In this document: in pieces, positions 24,095 through 37,051 of the stretch
How positions within the stretch are numbered: position 1 is the first letter of the stretch
Layout: the number at the start of each line of letters is the position of its first letter
Translations under genes and position numbers: made by a program
Notes under the pieces: model-generated
Seen by the model: only the letters and a program-made list of their open reading frames with translations
Databases searched by the model: none
Told to the model about the DNA's origin: nothing
Source of the DNA: Albugo candida
Taxonomy: Eukaryota
NCBI GenBank assembly: GCA_040437565.1
Contig: JBDOQK010000001.1
Span: 682,001-746,000 of the forward strand
Reading direction: 5' to 3'
Length of the DNA stretch: 64,000 nt

Positions 24095-26537
24095 TCATGC
24101 TACGGGCTCCACAACCGCGTCATGACTGGAGTCGTGCTCCAATTTTATACTATGAAAGGAGGAAGCTGTATTCTGCATCGGTCCCATCGATTCTAAAGTT
24201 GCACTTGTTAATTCATGAGCTGTTCGATTTTGTGTTGAAACATCCGCAGGAGGTACAATTGATTCTTTTATTGGCCCATTTCGGTCTGTTGAGATCAAAC
24301 TTTCTAGAAATTTCTCCGGTGAGGTTCCATTTCCATCTAGAATCACGTTTTTTACAGAAACGGGGCACGTTGCACAGTCAAACATCTCCTCTGCACCACC
24401 AAAGGTCGTCAGTAAGTGAATTGCATACAATTAAGTAGACACTTGAGTCGTACCGGTGTTTTCCAAGATGATCTTGACGTTTAGAAACCGAACGTTGAAC
24501 ACGGGGTCATGCAACAGCCGGAAAAACTCGCTAGCTAAGACGTTTTTGAACCACTGTTTACTGCCGTCTTGTTTTGATTGGAGAAATGCCTCACAAACAT
24601 GCAGGTACATCTGCCGTTCTCTATAGTTGGTTGCTGAGGCAAATGTGCACAATCTTGCCAGCATTTCATTAGTCATGTTTTCGTCGTGTTTGTGTAGTTG
24701 TGAGACCAGTAAAGGGCAAGCCTGCAGAAAATTCACTTAATGAGAGTTGAGAATAGTAGCAATATGTATAGAAACGTACATGGAAACTAGCTTGTCGAAC
24801 GATTGCGACCTCATCGGTGATTAATTTCAATAGTAAAGGGTATAGAATAGAGTACGTTGCGGCTGGTGTGAAGGACCCACAAAGTGAGGCCAATTGATCG
24901 CTAATAACTTGTCGGAATCTCCATTTTGTAATGTGGTGAAAGGAATCAAACTCGTACAAATTGGATAGATAATTTTCCCGGATAGATGGTGACACATATT
25001 GAATGAAGTCTGCAAAGTGCAAAAGCACACCAAGTCGTACATCTTGCCTCGGGTCACGGATATAATCGTCAAAAGTGCCTAACAAGGTCGTTTCTGTGAT
25101 TTCCTGTCCTAAAATTTTGGCCATTTCGTGCAAAGAGTAAGCTAACGTCCTCCGTGTTCTCCAAAATGTCTCCTGACTTAATACTGTGAACGCAGGTGCT
25201 AATTTTGGCCATTCTGCGGTGCCGAAAATGCTCACCACTGCAGGAAAAGAATATGCACAATGATATCGAATATCCATTTCGTCACTGGGTCCAACGAGGA
25301 AGCTTGGATTTAGTGCCATATTTGTAAATTGTGTGAGCAAAGTATCGTCGATATCGTCTTTCTCGAACGTAGCTAAAAGTGGTCCCAAATTCTGATATGC
25401 TGCGAAGCGGACCCATCGGGATGCATCTTTGAGGAAATCGTCTAATAAAGGCTCGAGAAGTGCGGCACGGATGCTCGGAAGTAATGACTCTGATATATCG
25501 ACTAAACATTCTGCACACGTTTTTCGAACACCCCATATATCGTCATGACACAGGCGAAGAAATGCTGGGAATAAACGTTCTTTCGTGATCTCGTAGCCAA
25601 CTGTTCGAGCAACATTACTAAAGCTTTGAGCAGTTGATTTACGAACTCGAAAAATTGGATCTTCGCTCAATGAGATGAGTTCAGGTACACAAAACTAAGG
25701 AATCAAAGTCAGCAATAACAAAAACCGAGCTAAATAGACAGCGTACCTGTTGACATAAATCTGGTCCCAAATGCCGTGCTAAATTATTATACAATAGAGC
25801 TGCAGAGGTTCGATAATGCTCATTGTCATCGTCATGAGCCAAAGGTAGAACGATTGTGAGGATATGCTGGCCTTGATCATCTTGTTGTATCATCGCTGCC
25901 ATTTCCACAAGACTATCTCCTGCAGCACTTCGTACTTCATATTGTGGATCCGACATTAATTTTGAGATCAATGGGATGAACACGTCTAGCAAAATGCGGT
26001 ATCCTGAGCTTTGATTCGACACCCCGTCTTGGTATTCTTGACTTTGCTTCAACAAAAATTTGCATATTCCTGGAAATTGGAATGCAACATGCTGCCGAAC
26101 AACATACTCGGCATCATTTACGAGTGGTGTCAGTAACGGGATGATATGATCACAAGTAGCCTGAAACCCAATGATTTGTGCGGTCTCTTGTAGCATTTTG
26201 ACGTGGATGACACTAAAATCGATATTCAATACATTTTCTCCGATTCGGATTGCAAGTGAACTCACATACCGCTGAAGAGCGATATTACTGCGAACGTATT
26301 TGGTGACCCTATCCAAGTCGCTCAACGTATCATCAATTGCGAGGTCTTCGAAGGTCGGGCCGTCATTTTGTGTATCAAATTCATCGTCGAGCGGGGTCAA
26401 CGGTCCAGCAATGTTTTCATCTTCACTCTAAACAGTTTGTGTGCACACATTAGCTAGGAAAATTGCGATTCAATTGTTGATATGATAAACAGGTGTTGAA
26501 GAAAGCTAAACAGTCTCCTCACCCGATCGAATTGCAT
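24095..26537 (-). CDS. PPP4R1: Ser/Thr protein phosphatase 4 regulatory subunit 1-like HEAT-repeat protein, multi-exon
   Basis: PP4R1-type motifs are DDTLSDLDRVTKYVRSNIALQR, LSEDPIFRVRK, LCHDDIWGVRKTCAE, DASRWVR, IRYHCAYSFPAVVSIFG..W and WRTRRTLAYSLHEMAKILG. A short first exon (MQFDR, ATG 26537) is inferred. Confidence 0.85.
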
Positions 26538-27038
26538 GCTTGAGTGTGATGTATGGAGTTATTCGATACCGGTTTCTTTTGTGTTGTATCACTTGAGCTA
26601 CCGACTTTGGTTGCAGCTCGCAATAGTTGCGAAAATGCGTAAAATTGTGCTCAAATCGCTCACAATTATTGGGGGCGATGGAGTCAGCGACCTTANNNNN
26701 NNNNNNNNNNNNNNNNNNNNNNNNNNNNNNNNNNNNNNNNNNNNNNNNNNNNNNNNNNNNNNNNNNNNNNNNNNNNNNNNNNNNNNNNNNNNNNNCGCTC
26801 ACAATTATTGGGGGCGATGGAGTCAGCGACCTTATATAATGTAAGGCACATTAACTATGCCAGTCACACCACCCGACGCAATTGTAACGGCTGCAGACCT
26901 CCCGACTATGACCACTTTTTCAAATTTACGATCGGAACAGGATGCATGACCGACTAGACTGCATAAATACATAACGCACAATATACTGATACGAAATTCG
27001 CGACTTTCGAGACCGTTCTTTCACAAAATTGCGACGTA

Positions 27039-28563
27039 ATGAAACTGAAGCGATTCCTTTTGCGCTATTTCCCTCCAGGGATCATCCTAGAGTATGAACT
27101 TCGGGATGGAACTCGGGAGATGAAAGAAATTGATCTTCTACATCTAACAGCAGAGTAGGTCCTTCATATCATCGTGTTGTCGCGACAATTGCAATCCTCC
27201 ATCTCAATCTTCGATAGATCCGATATCGACGTATTGGTCAATCAGATTGTGTTTGAGGAGCCTTTGCTTTCGGAATCGAGAAAACCTCAATTAAGGCGGC
27301 TTATATACAGTGAGTCAAACTTGTAGACTTGTACCAAAGGACTTACTTCTATTGCAAAAGAGCTTATCGAGAAACTTGAAATCAATGAGAGCAACGATTT
27401 TTATCTCTTCAAAATCTTACGCGCTCACATTTTACCGCTTACAAATTGCGCGTTTAACAAGTCTGGTGATAAGTTTATAACGGGAAGCTATGATCGAACA
27501 TGTAAAGTATGGGATACTCAGAGCGGTGACGAGTTGCTCACGTTGGAAGGGCATAAAAATGTTGTCTACGCCATCGCATTCAATAATCCTTACGGGTAGG
27601 TCTTTACACGCCGTTCAGTGTATCCGTTGATCTTGCTGAATTTTGTATGTAGCGATAAAGTAATAACCGGATCCTTCGATAAGACATGCAAGCTTTGGAA
27701 TGCGGAAACGGGACAGTTGTATCATACCTTCCGTGGACACTCTACCGAAATTGTCTGTTTGGCATTCAATCCTCAAGGAACAGTTATTGCAACCGGTTCT
27801 ATGGACAACACTGCTAGATTGTGGGACGTTGAAAGCGGCCAGGATCTTCATACGTTGACTGGTCATACTGCAGAAATAGTCAGTTTGAATTTCGACACTC
27901 AAGGTGAGAGAATTATCACTGGATCTTTCGATCATACGGTCAAAGTATGGGACGTAAGAAGTGGACGATGCATAAATACGCTTGCGGGTCATCATGGTGA
28001 GATATCAAGCACACAATTTAACTACGCGGGTGAGCTTTGCATTAGTGGATCTATCGATCGCACGTGCAAAATTTGGGATGTTGGAACCGGCCAAAATGTA
28101 CAGGTACGCTTCCCGGTGAGCATGAGAGTACTGATCTAAACGTCCGTGCCTTAATAGACACTGAGGGGACATAACGATGAGATTTTAGATGTTAATTTCA
28201 ATGCAACCGGATCAAGGCTTGTGACAGCATCTGCGGATGGAACTTCACGAATCTATAATACAATGACGGGAGCTTGTCAAGCAATTTTGATCGGTCATGA
28301 AGCGGAAATCTCAAAAGTGTGTTTTAATCCTCAAGGATCAAAAGTGCTTACAGCGAGTAGCGATAAAATGGCACGCTTATGGGAAGTAGAAACAGGAGAC
28401 TGTATGCAAATATTAGAAGGCCACACTGATGAGATTTTCAGCTGCGCATTTAATTATGAAGGCGACACGATTATCACAGGTATGAAAAGCTTATCTCAAA
28501 ATTTACTCAATATCCGCTTTTACAGGATCCAAGGATAATACGTGTCGAATTTGGAAATGCTGA
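27039..28563 (+). CDS. DAW1: Dynein assembly factor with WD repeats 1 (ODA16/WDR69), 6 exons
   Basis: The diagnostic N-terminus is [19 protein letters not shown], followed by [17 protein letters not shown] and tandem WD40 repeats, ending [12 protein letters not shown]. Introns are 27155-27217, 27310-27360, 27596-27652, 28104-28157 and 28480-28525. Confidence 0.95.
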
Positions 28564-30204
28564 AAGTTCTTACTGCTATGAAGTCACAGTCACAATAATA
28601 TTGCATGAATATAATATCTACAGTACAACTGAGGACCTTATGAACGCTTCGAGTCATTGCGACTTTACTGAGCACAAGTCGATCATACATAACGCATACA
28701 TTCAAACAGAATGAGGAGTATAAGTGTCACTACGCAACTCATCCAATGTGAGTCAAACTATCATAGGGTATTCATCCAGCTTGTTTATGTCTTCAGTCGA
28801 ATCCGTGAGATAGTCATTTAACACTTAGCTAGATTGAGACCATTTCGACACGCTGCACTCGAGTAAGGATGCTGATGACATACATCGGAGATACGACCTG
28901 TTTGATACGAAAAAAAATCATTGCATGTCAGACTATCGATTTGCTACTCAATATTACGGCTTGTTCACTCTCCACTTGTAGATGATCAAGGGGGCTGATC
29001 AGCTGACAAAATAAGCAATAGAGGTAGAGGTATTCTATCATCCCCGTTACTCGTCTACTCAAGCATACAAATATGCCCCGATCCTTGATGTAGAAATACG
29101 TCTGACAACTTGCTGTAAATATCAAGTGCGAAGGATTATGGAAAGGAAGTGTTGGATAATTGATGCAGCATGATAAGAAATTAATCAATTTAATCAGATA
29201 CAATAACAAAGTCAGATTTAGTAGACGATACCTCTTAGCCAAAATGCTGCGGCTGTGTACACGTACATGCCTTTCAACGAATAAAATCTCTCATGGAGGT
29301 GAGATCTATCATTTCTTATCAAATTTAGATGCCTTTGTAACAAGCCAAATTGCGCTCTTTTTACAATCATAGCTGCTAATAGCCCTTTGCTCAAATTTGG
29401 CGATAGACGGGGTGCTTTGCGCCAATGCGGAACTTGGAGGAAAAGTCTCGTTGCTTCATGTGCTGACACAAACGTAAATTTATAGCTGAGTTACGCACGA
29501 CACATGCAGTAAGGAATCTATTACACATGTCTTGAACACGATGCTTTCTGTATCAGAACACCGCATATAGCACGAACTGATTTGGCATCTTTCCATTCAT
29601 AGGTATATATCATGGCGAAGAAAGATTGCTTCCCAGGAAAACAAAACCAGCCAGCTAGTCGTCACCTCAATCCGTTTTATGATTCGAATTATGGTGCTGG
29701 GAAGGAACAACGGATTCTTTGCTTGCTCATATGCGGATACATCTAAGTTCCAGGAAACCACACTGTCGACTATCTCACTCGTGCATGTGAGTAGACAGAA
29801 CGGGTAAATGCCCTTTCGCCGCTCAACGGGCGCAAGGATTGTACTATATTCATTGTTCACTTGAGCGAGATACATATTTCTTTACCGATAATTTCCAACA
29901 ATCGCCTTAGGAGTCAGGAGCAATATCTACTCCCGGCATGAACTCCCTGATCGCGACAAGAGTCAGCCGTCATGCGTCTGGCTAAACTAAAAAATCAGTC
30001 AATTGTGTCACGGAAAAAGATGCCCATATCGTTCGCAATCGCACACTTTCAAATCTGCATCCGCTTTTAAGTAGATTTGAGTTTTCGGGTAACAAATATT
30101 AAAGACGGAAAGCATGAGTTTGCTCAGATCAACTCTCAGAGGGTACTAAGTTCTAAGTTACTTCGGAACAACGAAGTTGTGAAGCATACGGTACAGCAGA
30201 ACAG

Positions 30205-30278
30205 ATAACTGAAATTAAAAAAAAGAAAAACCAGAGAGCAAATAACTGAAATTCATAAAAAGAAAAACCAGAGAGCAA
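30205..30278 (+). repeat. Two imperfect 37-bp tandem copies immediately upstream of the CRN-like ATG
   Basis: ataactgaaatt..aaaagaaaaaccagagagcaa occurs at 30205 and 30242. Confidence 0.9.
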
Positions 30279-30405
30279 TGGTGGAGTTGACCTTGACGTG
30301 TCTTATTGTTGGTCATGGAGCGGTACTTTCGATTGATATCGACGGTGGTAGGCAGGTACATTTTCTGAAAGAAGAAATTGTGAAGAAGAAGCAGAAATCG
30401 ATTTT
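30278..30405 (+). CDS. Crinkler (CRN) effector-like N-terminus, truncated by an assembly gap
   Basis: MVELTLTCLIVGHGAVLSIDIDGGRQVHFLKEEIVKKK resembles the CRN ubiquitin-like N-terminus (MV.L.C.IVG.G..F.V.I.....V..LK..I..KK). The LxLFLAK/LYLAK motif would fall in the gap. Confidence 0.7.
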
Positions 30406-33141
30406 NNNNNNNNNNNNNNNNNNNNNNNNNNNNNNNNNNNNNNNNNNNNNNNNNNNNNNNNNNNNNNNNNNNNNNNNNNNNNNNNNNNNNNNNNNNNNNN
30501 NNNNNTGCAGTCATCCTTTCATTGATGGAATGTATTTACAGTGACGATTTACGACGCAAACGGAATCCCGATGCAAACTTTGATTTCTTATATGCTGTCT
30601 ATCATCAACCCGCAATGCGTAAAAAAATGTTGCCCGCCAAGCGCTGAAGAAGGAATTAGGCCGTTAGTTGGTGGTCGGAATTTTCCACCAAGGACGGTCA
30701 AAAGCCAACCAACAATTGAGCTAATCATTTGTGAGAGACTAGCCTGATAATTCATTGAACATGGGTCAACCTCTTTTCACAGAGTACGTTAAATAAAGTT
30801 TGTTTCAATGCCATCTGAAAGGATTATCTATCGGTGAATTGCGGTAAGTGAGCTTGATGTCTCACCCTGCGTGTCGAAAATGTGTCTGCAATTTCCGATC
30901 AGCTGTTATAGCATGCCGCTTTCGTAGTTCAGACCCACGTCAAGTCCATGGTGCTGGCGTAAGATACGGGTGTATAAAACTGAATCCTCTCCCGGTTTCC
31001 GATGCCAGGACGTAAAAAAATAACTTTTGCGCTTTCCGCTAACCGGCAATGCACTGACCAACCAATCGGGCATATACATTCGATTTTTCTGCTCTGCTGG
31101 TCAAATGTCCATGAGATATTTCATAACGGATACCTTGACGTACGACTGGTCGATATTTGTACTACAGCTGGCTGTGGATGCACTTGCTGACAAATTTCTA
31201 TACTAATGCTTTTCATCGAGTCTCCGTTTTCAGCTACTTCTGGAGATATATTCGTGATGGATTAGTCGCATGACACCCCAAGAATAGTCCTACTGTGTGG
31301 CCCTGCGCAGCTCTCCTGATGACGTCCCTGAAGTGTAAAGGAATCAAGCAGCCGTTTGTGTCCGAACGTGATGCACAGCAATTGGTCTCATTGGATGGCA
31401 CATGGAAGCCCGTTTAGTTGTCTTCAGAATTTCCAACATATCCAGGGTATGCTACAATTTCTCTTCAGCTTCCTAGGTTGCAATGACACCCGTTAAGAGT
31501 CCTTCAAGCTCTCAATCACATTGTGGTTTCCGACTTGCTCTTCCTTCAGTGTACACTCTTATTCACCACTCTCTTCCTTTTTGCTCTCTTTTTGAGTAGT
31601 TTGCACAATCGGCTGGAAACAGTCGCCGACTCAAGTGTCTGCGGCATACAAATATCTCTACAATGATAATTTTGCCTATAGAAACCTGCCTGGCCTCTCA
31701 CTACTTCTCAGTCGGACGCTTTGATGAGAGTTTGTGGCAGGTAAAGGCTGCTTGTATCGCTCGGCATTCAGTCGATCTTCTAGAATATGTTTGCTATCTA
31801 TCGCAGTGCGATGAGGAGCTTCCAGTGAGTGAAGAGATCCAGGACAACGTGACTAGCGGGTGCTCGAACATCGTAGCTGTGTGTATACGTCAAAATATAG
31901 TCGATATTATCTTATCCAGCGGTGAAATTATGTGTACTCTACTTCTACTTTTACTGCTTTAGCTATTCAGAGTACAGCGCGTTTGATTTCACAAGCCCAA
32001 CATCTAATGAAAGTAAACACATTCCATGATCTTTTGTAAACCTCTGGCACACTGAATCGTTGTTTTCCTCTATCCTCAGCATAACGAAGATGATACAAAC
32101 TACTGTAAGGAGCTTCTTCCAACACGCCTTCGACTTTCACTTCGTCGATTTCTGTGACTGGCACGCCACTAAGATTGCCATACGCCGCATCCAGAAGGTA
32201 TGTGGCTCGCATACAGGAGACTCCGCCCCCTATTAAGAGTCCTTTGCACAACGAGATGTTGGATTTTCCAGACGAAGGACTTCACCTGCACATATCAAGA
32301 GAATTCTACGGTGCCATGTAATATTCATCTCGAGTTTTGAGGACTAAGCCATTTTTTCGCTTTTCGTGAGCCTTATCGCAAAATACAATCCACCACACCC
32401 TTCCGATGTCATAAGCAACAGGTAACTCAGCAGAAGAATCAACAAAGGGTGTTGTGGGAGAGCACTCGGGTCGATTTTAAGCTGGCGAGTCGATTTGCCT
32501 TTGAAAAATTCGCCATTGGAATGGACCGAGTTAGGATCTTCTGCAGAAGCATCAAGCTCCTGAGGTACGTCACGCTGATTGTAATAATTGTGACCTGAAT
32601 TTTCTATAACTATGGTAAGGCCAGCGCAGTGTTGTATATGTATGTATGTATGAGAGGGAACTCTACAACGCGGCNNNNNNNNNNNNNNNNNNNNNNNNNN
32701 NNNNNNNNNNNNNNNNNNNNNNNNNNNNNNNNNNNNNNNNNNNNNNNNNNNNNNNNNNNNNNNNNNNNNNNNNNGTATGTATGAGAGGGAACTCTACAAC
32801 GCGGCGAAAGCAATTGGTCAAAAACGGCAGGGAATTTCTATTACATTTAGTGTGAAATTCAATGAGATGTCTGCCATTCGCTTTGAACTCGACGAAAGCT
32901 TCAAGTCTAGGGTTACAACCACATAGAAAGAGAAGGTGAGCGAAGGTGTAGAATTTTCTGGTTGAAGTACACGCTCACCATATTACTTGTAAATACTTCG
33001 ATTCAGTTAAAAGACATGTGCGCGAGTAGCTGTTGCAGTTAGCCATGACTCGAATGCAAGCATCGATGCAGCAGCATGAAATGTATGTATGGAACTTAAA
33101 ACCGTCTTTTACACAAGAGATACAAGGGCCAAAAGCCTGTT

Positions 33142-34687
33142 TCAAAGCAGCGCGGAGATTACTGCAGACAGATCGCCAGCGTGTGTATCCAAAAGCGTGT
33201 GGTTCTTGATCGAGTCCGTAAATCCCATTTCAAGCAGAACACATTGCTCTGTTTTCCATTTCGACTTCTCGAGTGCAAAATCTTCTTTTTTGTCGGAGAC
33301 GAGGATCACAGTTGCATCGTCAAACTGCTTCGGTGTGACGCGAGGATGGAACAGCTTGGGTTCCAAGGCTATGACATTCGATGTCGACATATTCGAATCG
33401 ATCACATTGATATCAACCCAGATCCGCTGTCCAAAACGAACATTGTCTTGCGTACTTAAACGCCAATATCCGGTATATCGACCTGGTTGGTCTGGCGCAA
33501 TCATTCGAATACAAATTTCGATAGTATTTCCAGGAGCAATGTGCGGGACCAACACAGTGTCGGGTGCCTGTAATCTGTCACCTCCAACGCATATTAGATG
33601 TACTCCTTGCGGCCACCGCTGTGATTACATAACGCATGAGTATCAAGTACAGATGGTCAATGACTCGACTTACAGTAGGGCCAGGATTGCGAATCTTCCA
33701 AATTTTGTCAAACGGATATTTCGGAGGAAGTACTGTTCCGTCCGGACACGTCACATCTTCTTCAAAAATCGCGAAACATGCTTCTATTTCTGCTTCCACT
33801 TCTTTCCTCGTAACATTTTCGAAATAATCGCTTGACGACAAAACGGAACGATTGTTACTTAATCCGTGTTTTAGAAGTTTCGTGATTCGGGTCACGCGAG
33901 CGAGTGATTTTGGGCACTTTGCAATTACGATATCTGCCAACGTATCCAAAAGTTGATAGTTTTCGGCAATTCGTAACTCCGCGACAATGTCTCGTTTCTA
34001 TACAACCCGTTAGCATTTGACCTGTCGGTTTTGTGAGTTGTCATACATTTTTCATTTGCGTCAAAAAGTGGAAGAGATAGCTTGAAAGCTACAACGACAA
34101 AGAATATCAGCTCAAGTATATCGCAATAATCAACAGGGAAAAACCTCTGAATCCGTGAAAATTTGTAATAGAGCTTCTTGCATGCCTTCCTCATTCAGTA
34201 TCACGGCAAGGTCCGATTGCAGTTGATAATACTCTGGTCCAGCCTTCCAGGTTACCAATAAATCGTGTAATTCACTCAACAAAGTTAACGTTCTGGTATT
34301 CTCCACATCAGTGTTTTTCTCAGTGCGCAGCATCGCTTGTTTTGGACTCGGAGTCTCTACAATGATTCGGCAGATAGAGTCAGACTCTTGTCGCCCATTG
34401 AGAACAGCGATTTCTCGAGATAAACGCAATCCTTCCTCCAATTCCTGATCATTGGTGACACAAATCTTTTCCTCCTCGTCGTCCAGGTAATAAATCTGGA
34501 GAGCCGATTCAGAGGTCCCGCTAATTTGAAAAATGTGACAAATATACTCTTTCAAATGATCAAGTTGCAATGAGTTCCAATCCTTTATATCTCTTGAGTC
34601 ACAAACATGCAACGTCTTATTAACAGCGAATACTTTCACGCGTCGCAGGTCATTCTTCTCTGGGTAAGAGATTTTGAGCGTCGCCAT
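33142..34687 (-). CDS. NBR1: NBR1-like selective autophagy receptor (PB1 - FW/NBR1 domain - UBA), 4 exons
   Basis: PB1 is TLKISY..DLRR...IYYLDDEEEKICVTNDQELEEGL. The FW domain is EDVTCPDGT...FDKIWKIRNPGP.RWPQG...APDQPGRYTGYWRL...RFGQRIWVDINV. The UBA is LLEMGF...NHTLL...AGDLSAVISALL. Confidence 0.87.
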
Positions 34688-34691
34688 TGTA

Positions 34692-34734
34692 ATGTCGCTT
34701 CTTTGCGATGTCGTTTCTTGCGATGTCGCTTCTT
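34692..34734. repeat. Short ~15-16 bp tandem repeat just upstream of the NBR1-like ATG
   Basis: Units beginning atgtcg start at 34692, 34708 and 34723. Confidence 0.8.
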
Positions 34735-37051
34735 TTTGATCAAAAACGATAAAGCTTCTGATTGGTTGACCAGATGATGCGACTATACAGTCGAGAATAT
34801 AAATTGCCAAGACATGGATAAAGATAGATGAAGAGCCTCTCGGCTTCTTATACTGGTTCCGGTGAAGAGAATACTAGATGCGCTATTGTGTATGAGCATC
34901 TCAAATTGGTTTTTTGAACCCCACGAGTGCGGACTTGAGCGATAAGCTGCATTTATTGACACCCGGGTAACAGCTGTGATCGCTGCCAAGCTTACAGCCC
35001 GACTGGAGACGAAGTGCTGGCAGTAACAAGTCATAAGATTGTTGAATATCCATGTCATAGCACTTGCTGTCTAGGACGCGTTTACGACTGGAAGGAGGCA
35101 TGCAGAAGCGATAATTAAGCGATTTTTAAGCGATCAACGATGAGAGCCGGGCTTGATCGATCGCTATTCTAGAGCTTTGCGTTCATCTTCGTGTGAAGCG
35201 TACATTACTCATATGATGATATTTTCGCATATCAACGAACTTGTGCAACTACTGCCACATTTGCCCTTGTTATTGTGGTATGTTAGCCACGACTCAAACC
35301 TTGTGCAATAAGTCAAATCTGTTAGCATTTTGCACGGAATTTTAAATGCATTATAGCAAGCATTCTATTGAAAGGGCAAAATGCATCAAAGGAATTTTTA
35401 GATAATGACTAGCCGTACGATACCACGCACAATTTTATAAGAAAAGAACGTTTCACGCATAGCTGTTAGGAAGTAGGAGGACGCGTGATCAGCAAAGTGA
35501 ACCGAACACAAAGTGTGGCTTTGTTTTTATCAACACTCGATAATCCAGGACCAGACAAGCTGATTGATTGCAATTGAGCAATGGGCAACAAGCGATAAGT
35601 GATCCGTGTTAACTGAAACTAATGTGCAATCCAGCGTGGCGTATTTCATTTTTCAACAATCATCAGGCTTCAGAATCAGCCGGCGACAAACGGACGAACC
35701 GATAGGCCACAATATGTGGTTTGTTCGTCCACACTATGAACGAGGGATGCAGCTGTTTATTTGATCTAGTGCAGCTGAAACGTGATACCATCATGCATTT
35801 TTCTTCGTCGATGAAACAGCAATAGCTTACGGAATTGATTGGCTCAAACTTTTCGTTTCGGNNNNNNNNNNNNNNNNNNNNNNNNNNNNNNNNNNNNNNN
35901 NNNNNNNNNNNNNNNNNNNNNNNNNNNNNNNNNNNNNNNNNNNNNNNNNNNNNNNNNNNNNTTTGTTCGTCCACACTATGAACGAGGGATGCAGCTGTTT
36001 ATTTGATCTAGTGCAGCTGAAACGTGATACCATCATGCATTTTTCTTCGTCGATGAAACAGCAATAGCTTACGGAATTGATTGGCTCAAACTTTTCGTTT
36101 CGGGTACTAATGACCTAATCGTCGTCGAAAGCGAGATTCAATTTCGATTAAATCTTAGTATTGAAGTAAAATTGTGACACACAGTAATGCTTACGACGTC
36201 TATAAAAACCCACCGAGCCTTTAAAAACCTCGCTATTTTTCTTTGTAATTTTCTCTTCCGAATAAAACCTTGATGTGACTTCAAACCTCATATTCCCCCT
36301 CCACCTTTCAATCTAAAAGTGTAACCCGACTATCGCTGAAAGCGCTTCCTAAGATTTCTTCTCGCCTTACTTACGAGCGGATATCAGCACATTTAGCGCA
36401 CGCTCACGTAGATTTTCGCCGCTTATAGTCTTTGTGTCACTTGTGACGCCAACGTGTCTTGTTACGCACTCCATTTATCCTCCAAATAAGTGCAATTTCT
36501 GCGTTTTGCGGTGAATTTGTGACCATCGATTGGCGAATCCCATTAAGGCACATCAAAAGTATTTGCCGTTTGACTTGTATACTTTTACGAAAGCATTTTA
36601 TTGCACTTAAGCTTCACGCAATCTTCAAAAAATCGGCTTGGAAGTCAATCCCAGTAGACACGTTCATTCTTATCAAGGTATATATTCGACTGTATTGCTT
36701 GCATTTTGTGTATTTAGTATAAGAAACAGAATACGGATGTCTTCCAATCCTAGTGTGTAGAGGATTTCGTCGTCTATTCTGTCTCTTATGTTTATTATTT
36801 CGTCAGTGCGTGTCTCCCTCCCTCATTTCCCTCAATGCGCTTTGTTGCATCGCTTCTGCCCACTCCTGGACTCTGAGGTCAAGAGTTGAACCAGAAATGA
36901 GTGAGAGATAAAGTGGTTGTGTATCACCTTACGATGAATGCAGAGGGAGAGTGGAGGAAGATCAATGCGATTGGCTGTGTGTTGTATTAAAAACGAGTGG
37001 CATGTTTGCAATTGGATTAAACTGATATCGTTATCTGTTCTTAGACTCATA

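Noticed and set aside
30506..32600. Possible CRN C-terminal or retroelement remnants after the gap
   Set aside because: Only short, interrupted frames without diagnostic motifs are visible.
33089..33835. 248-aa + strand ORF
   Set aside because: It is the antisense shadow of the NBR1-like gene.
36938..37051. N-terminal extension of the 685-aa ORF
   Set aside because: It ends in a pyrimidine-rich acceptor-like ttcttag just before ATG 37052, so it is more likely 5' UTR intron sequence.
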